A DNA stretch of 64,000 bases from Escherichia coli (GTDB lineage Bacteria > Pseudomonadota > Gammaproteobacteria > Enterobacterales > Enterobacteriaceae): the NCBI RefSeq assembly GCF_044324785.1, contig NZ_CP172127.1; one strand, 5' to 3'. The first letter of the stretch is position 1, and every line of letters begins with the position of its first letter. A program made the translations under genes and the position numbers. Below, piece after piece: positions 34,427-45,136 of the stretch. The notes beneath the pieces are model-generated. The model made no database searches. It was not told the origin of the DNA and saw only the letters and a list, made by a program, of their open reading frames with translations.

Positions 34427-35368
34427 ATGCGCGAAAAGGATTATGTCGTAATTATAGGTTCGGCGAATATTGATGTCGCCGGATATTCACATGAATCATT
34501 AAATTATGCGGATTCAAATCCAGGTAAAATAAAATTTACGCCTGGTGGAGTCGGGCGCAATATTGCACAAAACCTGGCGTTGCTGGGGAACAAAGCCTGG
34601 CTACTGAGCGCCGTAGGCAGTGATTTTTATGGTCAATCGCTGCTAACGCAAACCAATCAATCTGGCGTTTATGTCGATAAATGCCTGATAGTGCCGGGAG
34701 AAAATACGTCAAGCTATTTATCATTACTCGATAATACCGGTGAAATGCTGGTTGCTATAAATGACATGAATATTAGCAACGCTATTACAGCTGAATATCT
34801 CGCACAGCACCGTGAATTTATTCAGAGGGCAAAGGTCATTGTCGCAGACTGTAATATCAGTGAAGAGGCACTGGCATGGATTCTGGATAATGCCGCCAAC
34901 GTACCTGTATTTGTCGATCCTGTTTCCGCGTGGAAATGTGTCAAAGTGCGCGACCGTCTAAATCAAATCCACACTCTCAAGCCAAACCGCCTTGAAGCGG
35001 AAACCCTGAGTGGGATTGCGCTGTCAGGGCGTGAAGATGTGGCAAAAGTTGCTGCCTGGTTCCATCAACATGGCCTGAACCGACTGGTATTGAGCATGGG
35101 CGGCGACGGCGTTTATTACAGCGATATCAGCGGTGAAAGTGGCTGGTCTGCGCCGATCAAAACCAATGTTATTAATGTTACCGGAGCGGGCGATGCCATG
35201 ATGGCGGGGCTTGCTTCGTGTTGGGTAGACGGAATGCCGTTTGCCGAATCTGTTCGTTTCGCACAGGGATGTTCGTCAATGGCGCTCTCCTGTGAATACA
35301 CCAATAACCCCGATTTATCGATTGCCAACGTTATATCGTTAGTGGAGAACGCAGAATGTCTGAATTAA
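34427..35368 (+). CDS. psuK: Pseudouridine kinase (PfkB family)
   Basis: 313 aa; PfkB motifs (GGVGRN; C-terminal GAGD). Confidence 0.9.
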   Translation: MREKDYVVIIGSANIDVAGYSHESLNYADSNPGKIKFTPGGVGRNIAQNLALLGNKAWLLSAVGSDFYGQSLLTQTNQSGVYVDKCLIVPGENTSSYLSLLDNTGEMLVAINDMNISNAITAEYLAQHREFIQRAKVIVADCNISEEALAWILDNAANVPVFVDPVSAWKCVKVRDRLNQIHTLKPNRLEAETLSGIALSGREDVAKVAAWFHQHGLNRLVLSMGGDGVYYSDISGESGWSAPIKTNVINVTGAGDAMMAGLASCWVDGMPFAESVRFAQGCSSMALSCEYTNNPDLSIANVISLVENAECLN

Positions 35369-36294
35369 AAATTTCCCCTGAATTATTACAAATTTCCCCA
35401 GAAGTGCAGGACGCTTTAAAAAACAAAAAACCGATCGTGGCGCTGGAATCGACCATTATTTCTCACGGGATGCCGTTCCCACAAAATGCCCAGACCGCAA
35501 TTGAAGTTGAAGAAACTATTCGTAAACAGGGCGCGGTACCTGCCACTATCGCCATTATTGGCGGCGTGATGAAAGTGGGTTTAAGCAAAGAAGAAATTGA
35601 ATTGCTGGGTCGTGAAGGGCATAACGTGACCAAAGTTAGTCGTCGCGATTTACCTTTTGTTGTTGCCGCAGGGAAAAATGGCGCAACCACCGTTGCTTCA
35701 ACGATGATTATTGCGGCGCTTGCCGGAATTAGAGTATTTGCCACCGGGGGAATTGGTGGTGTGCATCGCGGGGCGGAACATACCTTCGATATTTCTGCCG
35801 ATTTGCAAGAGCTGGCAAATACTAATGTCACCGTTGTTTGTGCCGGGGCGAAATCTATTCTCGATTTAGGATTAACCACTGAGTATTTAGAAACTTTCGG
35901 TGTACCGCTAATTGGCTATCAGACCAAAGCGCTGCCTGCGTTTTTCTGCCGTACCAGCCCGTTTGACGTCAGCATTCGTCTCGACAGCGCCAGTGAAATT
36001 GCCCGTGCAATGGCGGTGAAATGGCAAAGCGGGCTGAACGGTGGCCTCGTGGTAGCGAACCCGATCCCGGAACAGTTTGCGATGCCGGAGGAATCTATCA
36101 ATGCAGCCATAGATCAAGCCGTCGCCGAAGCCGAAGAGCAGGGCGTTATTGGTAAAGAAAGCACACCGTTCCTGCTGGCTCGTGTTGCTGAACTGACTGG
36201 CGGTGACAGCCTGAAATCCAACATCCAGCTGGTGTTCAACAACGCCATTCTGGCGAGCGAAATTGCCAAAGAATATCAGCGTCTCGCGGGTTAA
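35356..36294 (+). CDS. psuG: Pseudouridine-5'-phosphate glycosidase
   Basis: 312 aa; 13-nt overlap with psuK. Confidence 0.9.
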   Translation: MSELKISPELLQISPEVQDALKNKKPIVALESTIISHGMPFPQNAQTAIEVEETIRKQGAVPATIAIIGGVMKVGLSKEEIELLGREGHNVTKVSRRDLPFVVAAGKNGATTVASTMIIAALAGIRVFATGGIGGVHRGAEHTFDISADLQELANTNVTVVCAGAKSILDLGLTTEYLETFGVPLIGYQTKALPAFFCRTSPFDVSIRLDSASEIARAMAVKWQSGLNGGLVVANPIPEQFAMPEESINAAIDQAVAEAEEQGVIGKESTPFLLARVAELTGGDSLKSNIQLVFNNAILASEIAKEYQRLAG

Positions 36295-36321
36295 TTTCTG
36301 ACGGGCAGAAAGCCGTCGCCC
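36294..36321 (+). repeat. Conserved 28-nt leader element, copy 1 (upstream of psuT)
   Basis: atttctgacgggcagaaagccgtcgccc; near-identical copy at 39522..39549. Confidence 0.6.
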
Positions 36322-36387
36322 GTACTCATCAAGCATACCAAAACCTGGCGCTGACGCCGGGTTTACTGGCATGAAGGGAAAATCATT

Positions 36388-37638
36388 ATGGATATAATGA
36401 GAAGTGTTGTGGGGATGGTGGTGTTACTGGCAATAGCATTTCTGTTGTCAGTGAATAAAAAGAGCATCAGTTTGCGCACGGTTGGAGCCGCACTGCTGCT
36501 GCAAATTGCCATTGGTGGCATCATGCTCTATTTTCCGCCGGGAAAATGGGCAGTAGAACAGGCGGCATTAGGCGTTCATAAAGTGATGTCTTACAGTGAT
36601 GCCGGTAGCGCCTTCATTTTTGGTTCGCTGGTCGGGCCGAAAATGGATGTCCTCTTTGACGGTGCGGGTTTTATCTTTGCCTTTCGCGTACTCCCGGCGA
36701 TTATCTTCGTCACTGCGCTCATCAGCCTGCTGTACTACATTGGCGTGATGGGGCTGCTAATCCGCATTCTTGGCAGTATTTTTCAGAAAGCCCTCAACAT
36801 CAGCAAAATCGAATCTTTTGTTGCGGTTACTACTATTTTCCTCGGGCAAAATGAGATCCCGGCGATCGTAAAACCGTTTATCGATCGCATGAATCGCAAC
36901 GAGCTATTTACGGCAATTTGTAGCGGGATGGCGTCCATTGCCGGTTCGATGATGATTGGTTATGCCGGAATGGGCGTACCAATTGACTACCTGTTAGCGG
37001 CATCGCTGATGGCGATCCCTGGTGGTATTTTGTTTGCACGTATTCTTAGCCCAGCCACCGAGCCTTCGCAGGTGACATTTGAAAATCTGTCGTTCAGCGA
37101 AACGCCGCCAAAAAGCTTTATCGAAGCAGCGGCGAGCGGTGCGATGACCGGGTTGAAAATCGCCGCTGGTGTGGCGACGGTGGTAATGGCGTTTGTCGCA
37201 ATTATTGCGCTGATCAACGGTATTATCGGCGGAATTGGCGGCTGGTTTGGTTTTGCCAATGCCTCTCTGGAAAGTATTTTTGGCTATGTGCTGGCACCGC
37301 TGGCGTGGATCATGGGTGTGGACTGGAGTGATGCCAACCTGGCGGGTAGCCTGATTGGGCAGAAACTGGCGATTAACGAATTCGTCGCTTACCTGAGTTT
37401 CTCCCCATACCTGCAAACGGGCGGCACGCTGGAAGTGAAAACCATTGCGATTATCTCCTTTGCGCTTTGTGGTTTTGCTAACTTTGGTTCTATCGGTGTT
37501 GTCGTTGGCGCATTTTCGGCTATTTCGCCAAAACGCGCACCGGAAATCGCCCAGCTTGGTTTACGGGCGCTGGCAGCTGCCACGCTTTCCAACCTGATGA
37601 GCGCGACTATTGCCGGGTTCTTTATTGGTTTAGCTTGA
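36388..37638 (+). CDS. psuT: NupC-family (CNT) nucleoside transporter
   Basis: 416-aa polytopic membrane protein; highly similar along its length to the ORF at 39575..40825. Confidence 0.9.
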   Translation: MDIMRSVVGMVVLLAIAFLLSVNKKSISLRTVGAALLLQIAIGGIMLYFPPGKWAVEQAALGVHKVMSYSDAGSAFIFGSLVGPKMDVLFDGAGFIFAFRVLPAIIFVTALISLLYYIGVMGLLIRILGSIFQKALNISKIESFVAVTTIFLGQNEIPAIVKPFIDRMNRNELFTAICSGMASIAGSMMIGYAGMGVPIDYLLAASLMAIPGGILFARILSPATEPSQVTFENLSFSETPPKSFIEAAASGAMTGLKIAAGVATVVMAFVAIIALINGIIGGIGGWFGFANASLESIFGYVLAPLAWIMGVDWSDANLAGSLIGQKLAINEFVAYLSFSPYLQTGGTLEVKTIAIISFALCGFANFGSIGVVVGAFSAISPKRAPEIAQLGLRALAAATLSNLMSATIAGFFIGLA

Positions 37639-37644
37639 GTTTCA

Positions 37645-37684
37645 TTGCCGGAGGTACGCGCTTATTAAATGTTGCATCCGGCAA
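37645..37684. repeat. REP-like inverted repeat downstream of psuT
   Basis: 8-bp arms ttgccgga/tccggcaa with GC-rich interior resembling a REP half-unit. Confidence 0.4.
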
Positions 37685-37705
37685 TCGCGCTATTGCAAAT
37701 AATTT

Positions 37706-38365
37706 TTACTGCATCATCCCGGAGAATTTATTCTCCGGGTCCATCTCCAGTGCCAGTCCTGACAACTGCTTTCTGTTTTTAATTAGATACCCTTTCTTGC
37801 TTTTAATTAATAAACCGTCGTGAATGAATTGCGCGAGAACATATAAAAGATGTCGATAAGAAACGCCTAAATACTCTGCCGCTTGCGTATGCTTTTCGTG
37901 ATAAAGATCACCTTCCTGCGAGAGTAATATAAAAGCTGCCAGGCGATTCACTAATGGAAATGATTGATTCTGAGTTAAAGAAACAATATTACGATAATTT
38001 TTATGACTTAAGGTGACGCAGAGTTTTCGTAAAAATAGCGTGTCGTTTAATAACAGCGGGCGGTAATGTTTCATAGGGAGCGCAAGGCACCAACACTCTT
38101 CAATAGCCTGCACCGCACGCGGTTCATGGTCTTTGTCGATTAACTCAATCTCGCCAATAAAACAGGGGGCGGCAAAGAAATCGATCAGCGACACGCGACC
38201 ATTAGCTAGCGTGGCGTAAAGCCTGGCGCGGCCTCGCGTCAGGTAAAACAGCCAGGACGGCTGTTGCCCTTCCTGCACAATGTAGTCACGCGCTAAAAAA
38301 TGAAACAGCCGCGTATCGGCTGAAACATCCGTTGAAAAGCAATCCTTAAACGCGGATTCACTCAT
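37706..38365 (-). CDS. yeiL: CRP/FNR-family transcriptional regulator YeiL
   Basis: 219 aa from internal Met (MSESAF); N-terminal nucleotide-binding-like domain, C-terminal HTH; Cys residues. Confidence 0.8.
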   Translation of the reverse strand: MSESAFKDCFSTDVSADTRLFHFLARDYIVQEGQQPSWLFYLTRGRARLYATLANGRVSLIDFFAAPCFIGEIELIDKDHEPRAVQAIEECWCLALPMKHYRPLLLNDTLFLRKLCVTLSHKNYRNIVSLTQNQSFPLVNRLAAFILLSQEGDLYHEKHTQAAEYLGVSYRHLLYVLAQFIHDGLLIKSKKGYLIKNRKQLSGLALEMDPENKFSGMMQ

Positions 38366-38533
38366 CAATTGCTGCTTAAGATCATTATTGTGGATTTCTT
38401 TCACGATGTTTATCCGCTATGAGATTTCTCATATTTAGCATACGTACGCTGTTGTTAAGATTCAATCATCGGCCCGGTCGAATTTTCTTTGCTGTAGAAA
38501 AAATAACGCAACTGGAAACAGAGGAAATAAACA

Positions 38534-39475
38534 ATGGAAAAGAGAAAAATTATTCTGGATTGTGATCCGGGTCATGATGATGCTATTGCAATGATGATGG
38601 CAGCGAAACATCCGGCGATTGATTTATTAGGTATCACCATTGTAGCGGGTAATCAGACGCTTGATAAAACATTAATTAATGGCCTGAATGTTTGCCAGAA
38701 ACTGGAGATTAATGTTCCGGTTTATGCGGGGATGCCACAGCCCATTATGCGGCAACAAATTGTTGCCGATAATATTCACGGTGAAACCGGACTGGATGGC
38801 CCGGTATTCGAGCCGCTGACCCGCCAGGCAGAAAGCACTCATGCGGTGAAATATATCATCGATACCCTGATGGCAAGCGATGGCGATATCACTCTGGTGC
38901 CGGTTGGTCCGCTTTCAAATATCGCGGTGGCAATGCGTATGCAACCCGCGATCCTGCCCAAAATCCGTGAAATTGTGCTAATGGGCGGCGCTTACGGTAC
39001 AGGCAACTTCACCCCATCTGCCGAGTTCAACATCTTTGCCGACCCGGAAGCCGCACGCGTGGTGTTCACCTCCGGCGTTCCGTTGGTGATGATGGGCCTC
39101 GATCTCACCAACCAGACTGTTTGCACCCCGGACGTGATTGCCCGGATGGAAAGGGTAGGCGGCCCCGCCGGAGAGCTGTTCAGCGACATCATGAATTTCA
39201 CTCTAAAAACGCAGTTCGAAAACTACGGCCTGGCTGGCGGCCCGGTGCATGACGCCACCTGCATCGGTTATCTGATTAACCCTGATGGCATTAAAACCCA
39301 GGAGATGTACGTCGAAGTGGACGTTAACAGCGGCCCTTGCTACGGGCGTACGGTCTGCGACGAGCTGGGCGTTCTTGGCAAGCCCGCCAATACCAAAGTC
39401 GGCATCACTATTGATACCGACTGGTTCTGGGGATTAGTCGAAGAGTGCGTGCGCGGCTACATCAAAACCCATTAA
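38534..39475 (+). CDS. rihB: Pyrimidine-specific ribonucleoside hydrolase RihB
   Basis: 313 aa; N-terminal DxDxxxDD nucleoside-hydrolase motif (DCDPGHDD). Confidence 0.9.
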   Translation: MEKRKIILDCDPGHDDAIAMMMAAKHPAIDLLGITIVAGNQTLDKTLINGLNVCQKLEINVPVYAGMPQPIMRQQIVADNIHGETGLDGPVFEPLTRQAESTHAVKYIIDTLMASDGDITLVPVGPLSNIAVAMRMQPAILPKIREIVLMGGAYGTGNFTPSAEFNIFADPEAARVVFTSGVPLVMMGLDLTNQTVCTPDVIARMERVGGPAGELFSDIMNFTLKTQFENYGLAGGPVHDATCIGYLINPDGIKTQEMYVEVDVNSGPCYGRTVCDELGVLGKPANTKVGITIDTDWFWGLVEECVRGYIKTH

Positions 39476-39521
39476 GTGTTGATAACAAGCCGGATCAGTG
39501 TCGCAAGATGCAGGCCCGGCT

Positions 39522-39549
39522 ATTTCTGATGGGCAGAAAGCCGTCGCCC
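39522..39549 (+). repeat. Conserved 28-nt leader element, copy 2 (upstream of nupX)
   Basis: atttctgatgggcagaaagccgtcgccc; one mismatch to copy 1. Confidence 0.6.
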
Positions 39550-39574
39550 AAAATGACATGAAGAGATAATAACT

Positions 39575-40825
39575 ATGGATGTCATGAGAAGTGTTCTGGG
39601 AATGGTGGTATTGCTGGCAATTGCGTTTTTGCTGTCAGTAAACAAGAAGAAGATCAGCCTGCGTACCGTTGGCGCGGCGTTAGTGTTACAGGTCGTGATT
39701 GGCGGCATTATGCTTTGGTTACCGCCAGGGCGTTGGGTCGCAGAAAAAGTCGCTTTTGGCGTGCATAAAGTGATGGCGTACAGCGACGCGGGTAGCGCAT
39801 TTATCTTTGGTTCTCTGGTCGGACCGAAAATGGACACCTTATTTGATGGCGCAGGATTTATCTTTGGCTTCAGGGTATTACCGGCAATTATCTTCGTTAC
39901 AGCACTGGTGAGTATTCTCTACTACATCGGTGTGATGGGGATCTTAATTCGAATTCTCGGCGGTATATTCCAGAAAGCATTGAATATCAGCAAGATCGAG
40001 TCATTCGTCGCGGTTACTACCATTTTCCTCGGGCAAAACGAAATTCCGGCAATCGTCAAACCCTTTATCGATCGTCTGAATCGCAATGAATTATTTACAG
40101 CGATTTGTAGTGGCATGGCCTCGATTGCTGGTTCGACAATGATTGGTTATGCCGCTCTGGGCGTGCCTGTGGAATATCTGCTGGCGGCATCGTTAATGGC
40201 GATCCCCGGCGGGATCTTGTTTGCCCGCCTGTTAAGCCCGGCTACCGAATCTTCGCAGGTTTCCTTTAATAACCTCTCTTTCACCGAAACACCGCCAAAA
40301 AGCATTATTGAAGCCGCCGCTACAGGGGCAATGACCGGGCTGAAAATCGCAGCAGGTGTGGCGACAGTGGTGATGGCATTTGTTGCCATCATTGCGTTGA
40401 TTAACGGAATTATCGGCGGCGTTGGCGGCTGGTTTGGTTTTGAACATGCCTCGCTGGAGTCAATTTTAGGTTATCTGTTGGCTCCACTGGCGTGGGTGAT
40501 GGGGGTTGACTGGAGTGATGCGAATCTTGCCGGGAGTTTGATTGGACAGAAACTGGCGATTAATGAATTTGTCGCTTACCTCAATTTCTCACCTTATCTG
40601 CAAACAGCTGGCACTCTGGATGCTAAAACCGTGGCGATTATTTCTTTCGCGTTGTGCGGTTTCGCTAACTTTGGTTCTATCGGGGTGGTGGTTGGCGCAT
40701 TTTCTGCGGTTGCGCCACACCGTGCACCGGAAATCGCCCAGCTTGGTTTACGCGCGCTGGCGGCGGCGACACTTTCTAACCTGATGAGTGCCACCATTGC
40801 AGGATTCTTTATTGGCTTAGCGTAG
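39575..40825 (+). CDS. nupX: NupC-family (CNT) nucleoside transporter
   Basis: 416 aa, paralog of psuT with long identical blocks. Confidence 0.9.
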   Translation: MDVMRSVLGMVVLLAIAFLLSVNKKKISLRTVGAALVLQVVIGGIMLWLPPGRWVAEKVAFGVHKVMAYSDAGSAFIFGSLVGPKMDTLFDGAGFIFGFRVLPAIIFVTALVSILYYIGVMGILIRILGGIFQKALNISKIESFVAVTTIFLGQNEIPAIVKPFIDRLNRNELFTAICSGMASIAGSTMIGYAALGVPVEYLLAASLMAIPGGILFARLLSPATESSQVSFNNLSFTETPPKSIIEAAATGAMTGLKIAAGVATVVMAFVAIIALINGIIGGVGGWFGFEHASLESILGYLLAPLAWVMGVDWSDANLAGSLIGQKLAINEFVAYLNFSPYLQTAGTLDAKTVAIISFALCGFANFGSIGVVVGAFSAVAPHRAPEIAQLGLRALAAATLSNLMSATIAGFFIGLA

Positions 40826-40839
40826 TGCGCGAGTTATGA

Positions 40840-40873
40840 GCCGGATAAGACGCGGTCAAGCGTCGAATCCGGC
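40840..40873. repeat. REP-like element downstream of nupX
   Basis: gccggataagacgcg…cgtcgaatccggc palindrome. Confidence 0.6.
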
Positions 40874-40880
40874 AACATTG

Positions 40881-41969
40881 TTACACCATCGGCACTAATG
40901 AAAGCGCGTTTTCGGCAGACAGGGTAGGGTTGTTTAAGCTGCCGCTGGCGCGTGAAATTGCCGCGCAGGCCATCGCAAAACGGGCGCTGTCACGGAAATT
41001 GTTTCCCTCCAGAAAGCTATATACCAGGCCCGCCATAAAACCATCGTCAGCACCAAAACTGTCTACTGTCGTATGCGCTGGCGCTGTCAGCAAAAATTGT
41101 TCTCCATCCTTTTCGCTGCAATAAACTGACTCATCGGGCAAATAAACAAACAGTTGCTGAACACCTTGCTGATGCAACGTATTCACTGCGGCATTACGGT
41201 CAGCATCGCTGGTGATCGCCTGTCCCCATAAAATTTCCAGCTCCGGTAAAGTGGGTTTCAGGGTGTGAATATGCGCCAGCCAGTGTTTGATTTTGCCCGC
41301 TTTGAATTCTGAAACGGTATCGACAAACACCGGGATTTCATCAGCGAGGGTAAAGACCCACTCCAGCGCCTCGGCTGTCAGGTTGCAATCAGCAAGTACC
41401 ACGCCCGCATGACGAAGTAAATCGCGCGACCCGTTCAGTAGTTGCGGTGTCAACTGATCCAGCAGATGGGTATCGTTAATCGCCAGCACGGTTTGATCGT
41501 CTCGATTGGCAATTGCCAGATACGTCGATGTGCTTTGACCATGTAAACGAACGCAGCCGGAGACATTCACGCCGGCGCGGCGCGTTTCTTCCAGGAGCAT
41601 TTCGCCATAAAAGTCATCGCCAATCACTGAAAGCAAATGGACGTCGCGGCCTAACAGCGCCAAATTGTGGGCGATATTGCGCCCCACGCCGCCCGCCGAG
41701 CAATGAATTGTACCGGGATGAGAAGCCGCTTGCGGGTAACGGATATCCGCCATCCCGCGAATATCCATATTGATTGTCCCCACCACTACGCAGTATTCCT
41801 GCTCGGTGAGAATGTAACCTTTGCCTTTAATTCGACCTTTGCGCATTAAATCCATAATATGCGCCGCAACGCGCGAACGGCTGATTTGCAGCATATCAGC
41901 AATTTCGTTCTGCTGAATCAGCGGGTTACGCCGTAAAATTGCAAGGATCTCCTTCTCCCGGTTGTTCAT
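40881..41969 (-). CDS. yeiI: HTH-domain fused to PfkB-family carbohydrate/nucleoside kinase (YeiI)
   Basis: 362 aa; N-terminal ~55-aa HTH, remainder clearly homologous to PsuK (shared GGVGRNIA-NLALLG block). Confidence 0.85.
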   Translation of the reverse strand: MNNREKEILAILRRNPLIQQNEIADMLQISRSRVAAHIMDLMRKGRIKGKGYILTEQEYCVVVGTINMDIRGMADIRYPQAASHPGTIHCSAGGVGRNIAHNLALLGRDVHLLSVIGDDFYGEMLLEETRRAGVNVSGCVRLHGQSTSTYLAIANRDDQTVLAINDTHLLDQLTPQLLNGSRDLLRHAGVVLADCNLTAEALEWVFTLADEIPVFVDTVSEFKAGKIKHWLAHIHTLKPTLPELEILWGQAITSDADRNAAVNTLHQQGVQQLFVYLPDESVYCSEKDGEQFLLTAPAHTTVDSFGADDGFMAGLVYSFLEGNNFRDSARFAMACAAISRASGSLNNPTLSAENALSLVPMV

Positions 41970-41971
41970 CT

Positions 41972-42829
41972 TCAGGCTACCGCTTTTTCAGTTTGTTGCG
42001 CTTTCAGCCAGGCGATCTCTTCTGCCCAGATATCCGGGTTGATGGTTTCAAGGATCAGCGGAATGCCGTCGAAACGGTCGTCCTGCATGATCCAGCGGAA
42101 CGCATCATGACCGATATTGCCTTCACCGAGGCTATGATGGCGGTCAACGCGGCTGCCAAAGGTGCTTTTCGCATCGTTAAGGTGCATCCCGCGCAGATAC
42201 TTAAAGCCGACAATACGGGCAAAATCAGCGAACGTTTTCTCGCATTCGGCTGGAGTACGCAAATCATACCCGGCAGCAAAAGCATGGCAGGTATCAATGC
42301 AGACGCCGACGCGGGATTTATCTTCCACGCCGTCGATAATCGCCGCGAGATGTTCGAATTTAAACCCTAAGTTACTGCCCTGACCGGCGGTGTTTTCAAT
42401 CACCGCTGTTACACCTTGAGTTTTATCCAGCGCAATGTTGATGGATTCAGCAATACGCGCAAGGCAATCCTCTTCTGAAATCTGCATCAGATGGCTGCCA
42501 GGGTGGAAGTTGAGCAAAGAAAGCCCCAGCTGTTCGCAACGCTGCATTTCATCTATAAACGCATCGCGCGATTTTTCCAGAGCTTCAGCGACCGGATGTC
42601 CGAGGTTAATCAGATAACTGTCGTGGGGAAGAATTTGCGCCGATGTGTAGTGATATTTTTCACAGGCGGCTTTGAATTCATCGATGGTTTGCGTCGTGAG
42701 CGGTGCGGCACGCCACTGACGTTGGTTTTTGGTGAACAAGGCAAACGCGGTTGCGTCGATTTCGGCGGCGCGAATTGCGGCATTTGCCAGACCGCCAGCA
42801 GCACTAACGTGCGCTCCAATGTATTTCAT
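41972..42829 (-). CDS. nfo: Endonuclease IV (AP endonuclease)
   Basis: 285 aa TIM-barrel AP endonuclease; 2-nt gap to yeiI downstream. Confidence 0.95.
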   Translation of the reverse strand: MKYIGAHVSAAGGLANAAIRAAEIDATAFALFTKNQRQWRAAPLTTQTIDEFKAACEKYHYTSAQILPHDSYLINLGHPVAEALEKSRDAFIDEMQRCEQLGLSLLNFHPGSHLMQISEEDCLARIAESINIALDKTQGVTAVIENTAGQGSNLGFKFEHLAAIIDGVEDKSRVGVCIDTCHAFAAGYDLRTPAECEKTFADFARIVGFKYLRGMHLNDAKSTFGSRVDRHHSLGEGNIGHDAFRWIMQDDRFDGIPLILETINPDIWAEEIAWLKAQQTEKAVA

Positions 42830-42902
42830 GCGAGGACTCCTGTTAAACCCGCTGGAGGAAAACGGTAATGATAGCGGGTTAACAGGAGCAAGATGTAGTG
42901 GT

Positions 42903-43952
42903 TTATGCGATGACGCTTTGAATCACATAGTTAATCGCACCACCACCAACAATCAGCCAGGCAAACAGTACCAGTGCCATCAGCAGAGGTTTCGCCCCGG
43001 CTTTTTTCAGCGCGCTGACGTGAGTGGTCAGACCCAGCGCCGCCATCGCCATTGCCAGCAGGAAGGTATCCAGCGTTACCAGCATGTTCACCACGCTCTG
43101 CGGTAACAGGTGGAACGAGTTAAAGATGGCAACTACGATGAACAAGATGGCAAACCACGGAATAGTGATTTTGCTTTTCTCGCCGCTGTTCGCCCCAGAC
43201 AGCTGTTTAACACGCGCCGCCAGCAGGATGAGGAACGGAGCCAGCATCATCACGCGCAGCATTTTGGAAATAACTGCTGCGTTTTCCGCATCCGGGCTGA
43301 TGGCATGACCTGCCGCCACCACCTGCGCCACTTCGTGCACAGTAGAACCAATGTAGATACCGAAAGTTTCCGGACTAAACCATTGAGACATCAGCGGATA
43401 TATCGCCGGGTAGAGGAAAATCGCCACGGTCCCGAAGATAACAACGGTTGCAACAGCCACGGTTACTTTACTGGCTTCCGCTTTCACTACCGGCTCAGTC
43501 GCCAGTACCGCGGCAGCACCACAGATACTGCTACCGGCACCGATCAACCAGCTGGTGTGCTTATCCAGACCAAACACTTTCTGCCCCAGGAAGCAAGCCA
43601 GCAGGAAGGTACTGGACAGCGTCAACACGTCAATAATGATCCCACTGATACCGACATCGGCAATTTGCGAGAACGTCAGACGGAAGCCATAAAGAATGAT
43701 ACCCAGACGTAATAAATATTGCTTGGCAAACAGCACACCACCGTCACAGCTTTTCCAGATGTGCGGATAGATGGTGTTGCCTAAAACCATCCCCAACAAA
43801 ATTGCGAGGGTGAGGGCACTAAACCCGGCACCCGCAACCGCGGGAATGGAACCACCCCACAGGGCGACCCCGGTGATAACTGCACTCAGGGCTAACCCCG
43901 GAATAAAATGCCACAGTGTACGATGTTGTTTCTGTAAGGTGATATTCGTCAT
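42903..43952 (-). CDS. yeiH: Inner-membrane protein YeiH (UPF0324)
   Basis: 349-aa polytopic membrane protein; divergent from the LysR regulator yeiE. Confidence 0.85.
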   Translation of the reverse strand: MTNITLQKQHRTLWHFIPGLALSAVITGVALWGGSIPAVAGAGFSALTLAILLGMVLGNTIYPHIWKSCDGGVLFAKQYLLRLGIILYGFRLTFSQIADVGISGIIIDVLTLSSTFLLACFLGQKVFGLDKHTSWLIGAGSSICGAAAVLATEPVVKAEASKVTVAVATVVIFGTVAIFLYPAIYPLMSQWFSPETFGIYIGSTVHEVAQVVAAGHAISPDAENAAVISKMLRVMMLAPFLILLAARVKQLSGANSGEKSKITIPWFAILFIVVAIFNSFHLLPQSVVNMLVTLDTFLLAMAMAALGLTTHVSALKKAGAKPLLMALVLFAWLIVGGGAINYVIQSVIA

Positions 43953-44050
43953 AACCCTCTCCTTTAACCGGGCATAAGGTTACGACTAACTGGTTTAAAA
44001 ATAAAATTGATTATATATTTATAATTAATCTTTATAAGTGGTAAGCGACT

Positions 44051-44932
44051 ATGCACATCACCCTCCGGCAGTTGGAAGTTTTTGCAGAAGTATTGAAAAG
44101 TGGATCAACCACCCAGGCGTCGGTGATGCTGGCGTTGTCGCAATCAGCAGTGAGCGCAGCCTTGACCGACCTGGAAGGGCAGCTTGGCGTGCAACTGTTT
44201 GATCGCGTGGGGAAAAGACTGGTTGTTAATGAACACGGGCGGCTGCTCTATCCGCGCGCGTTGGCACTGCTTGAACAGGCGGTTGAAATCGAACAACTGT
44301 TTCGCGAAGACAACGGCGCGATTCGTATCTATGCCAGTAGTACTATCGGTAACTACATTCTGCCTGCAGTCATTGCCCGTTATCGCCATGATTATCCGCA
44401 GTTGCCGATTGAACTTAGCGTTGGGAACAGCCAGGACGTGATGCAAGCGGTGCTGGATTTCCGCGTTGATATTGGCTTTATTGAAGGACCGTGCCACAGC
44501 ACTGAAATCATTTCTGAACCGTGGCTGGAAGACGAGCTGGTGGTTTTCGCCGCGCCGACTTCGCCATTGGCTCGTGGTCCGGTCACCTTAGAACAGCTGG
44601 CCGCTGCGCCGTGGATCCTTCGTGAACGCGGCTCCGGCACGCGGGAGATTGTCGATTATCTGTTGCTGTCACATTTACCGAAGTTTGAGATGGCGATGGA
44701 ATTAGGTAACTCCGAGGCAATCAAACATGCGGTGCGTCATGGGTTGGGAATTAGTTGCCTGTCGCGACGGGTGATTGAAGATCAATTGCAGGCAGGCACA
44801 TTAAGTGAAGTTGCGGTCCCTCTGCCGCGCCTGATGCGTACGTTGTGGCGTATACATCATCGGCAAAAACACCTTTCCAACGCGCTACGGCGCTTTCTGG
44901 ACTATTGCGATCCCGCGAATGTACCGCGTTAA
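44051..44932 (+). CDS. yeiE: LysR-type transcriptional regulator YeiE
   Basis: 293 aa; N-terminal wHTH, C-terminal substrate-binding domain. Confidence 0.85.
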
Positions 44933-45136
44933 GTTGCTGTACAAGAACATGCTGGTGCTGTGTCGATTTCGTGACGCAGCGCCCTCAGCATGCATTCGCC
45001 AGAAAAGAGATTGGCTGCTTTACTTATAATCCCTGGGCGATCATGAAGGTGTCTTATAACCGTGTATTTCTGCCGGAAGGATTGCCAATCGTCTGCTACA
45101 ATCGCGCCTCATTTTTAAGATGGATAGCATTTTTGT

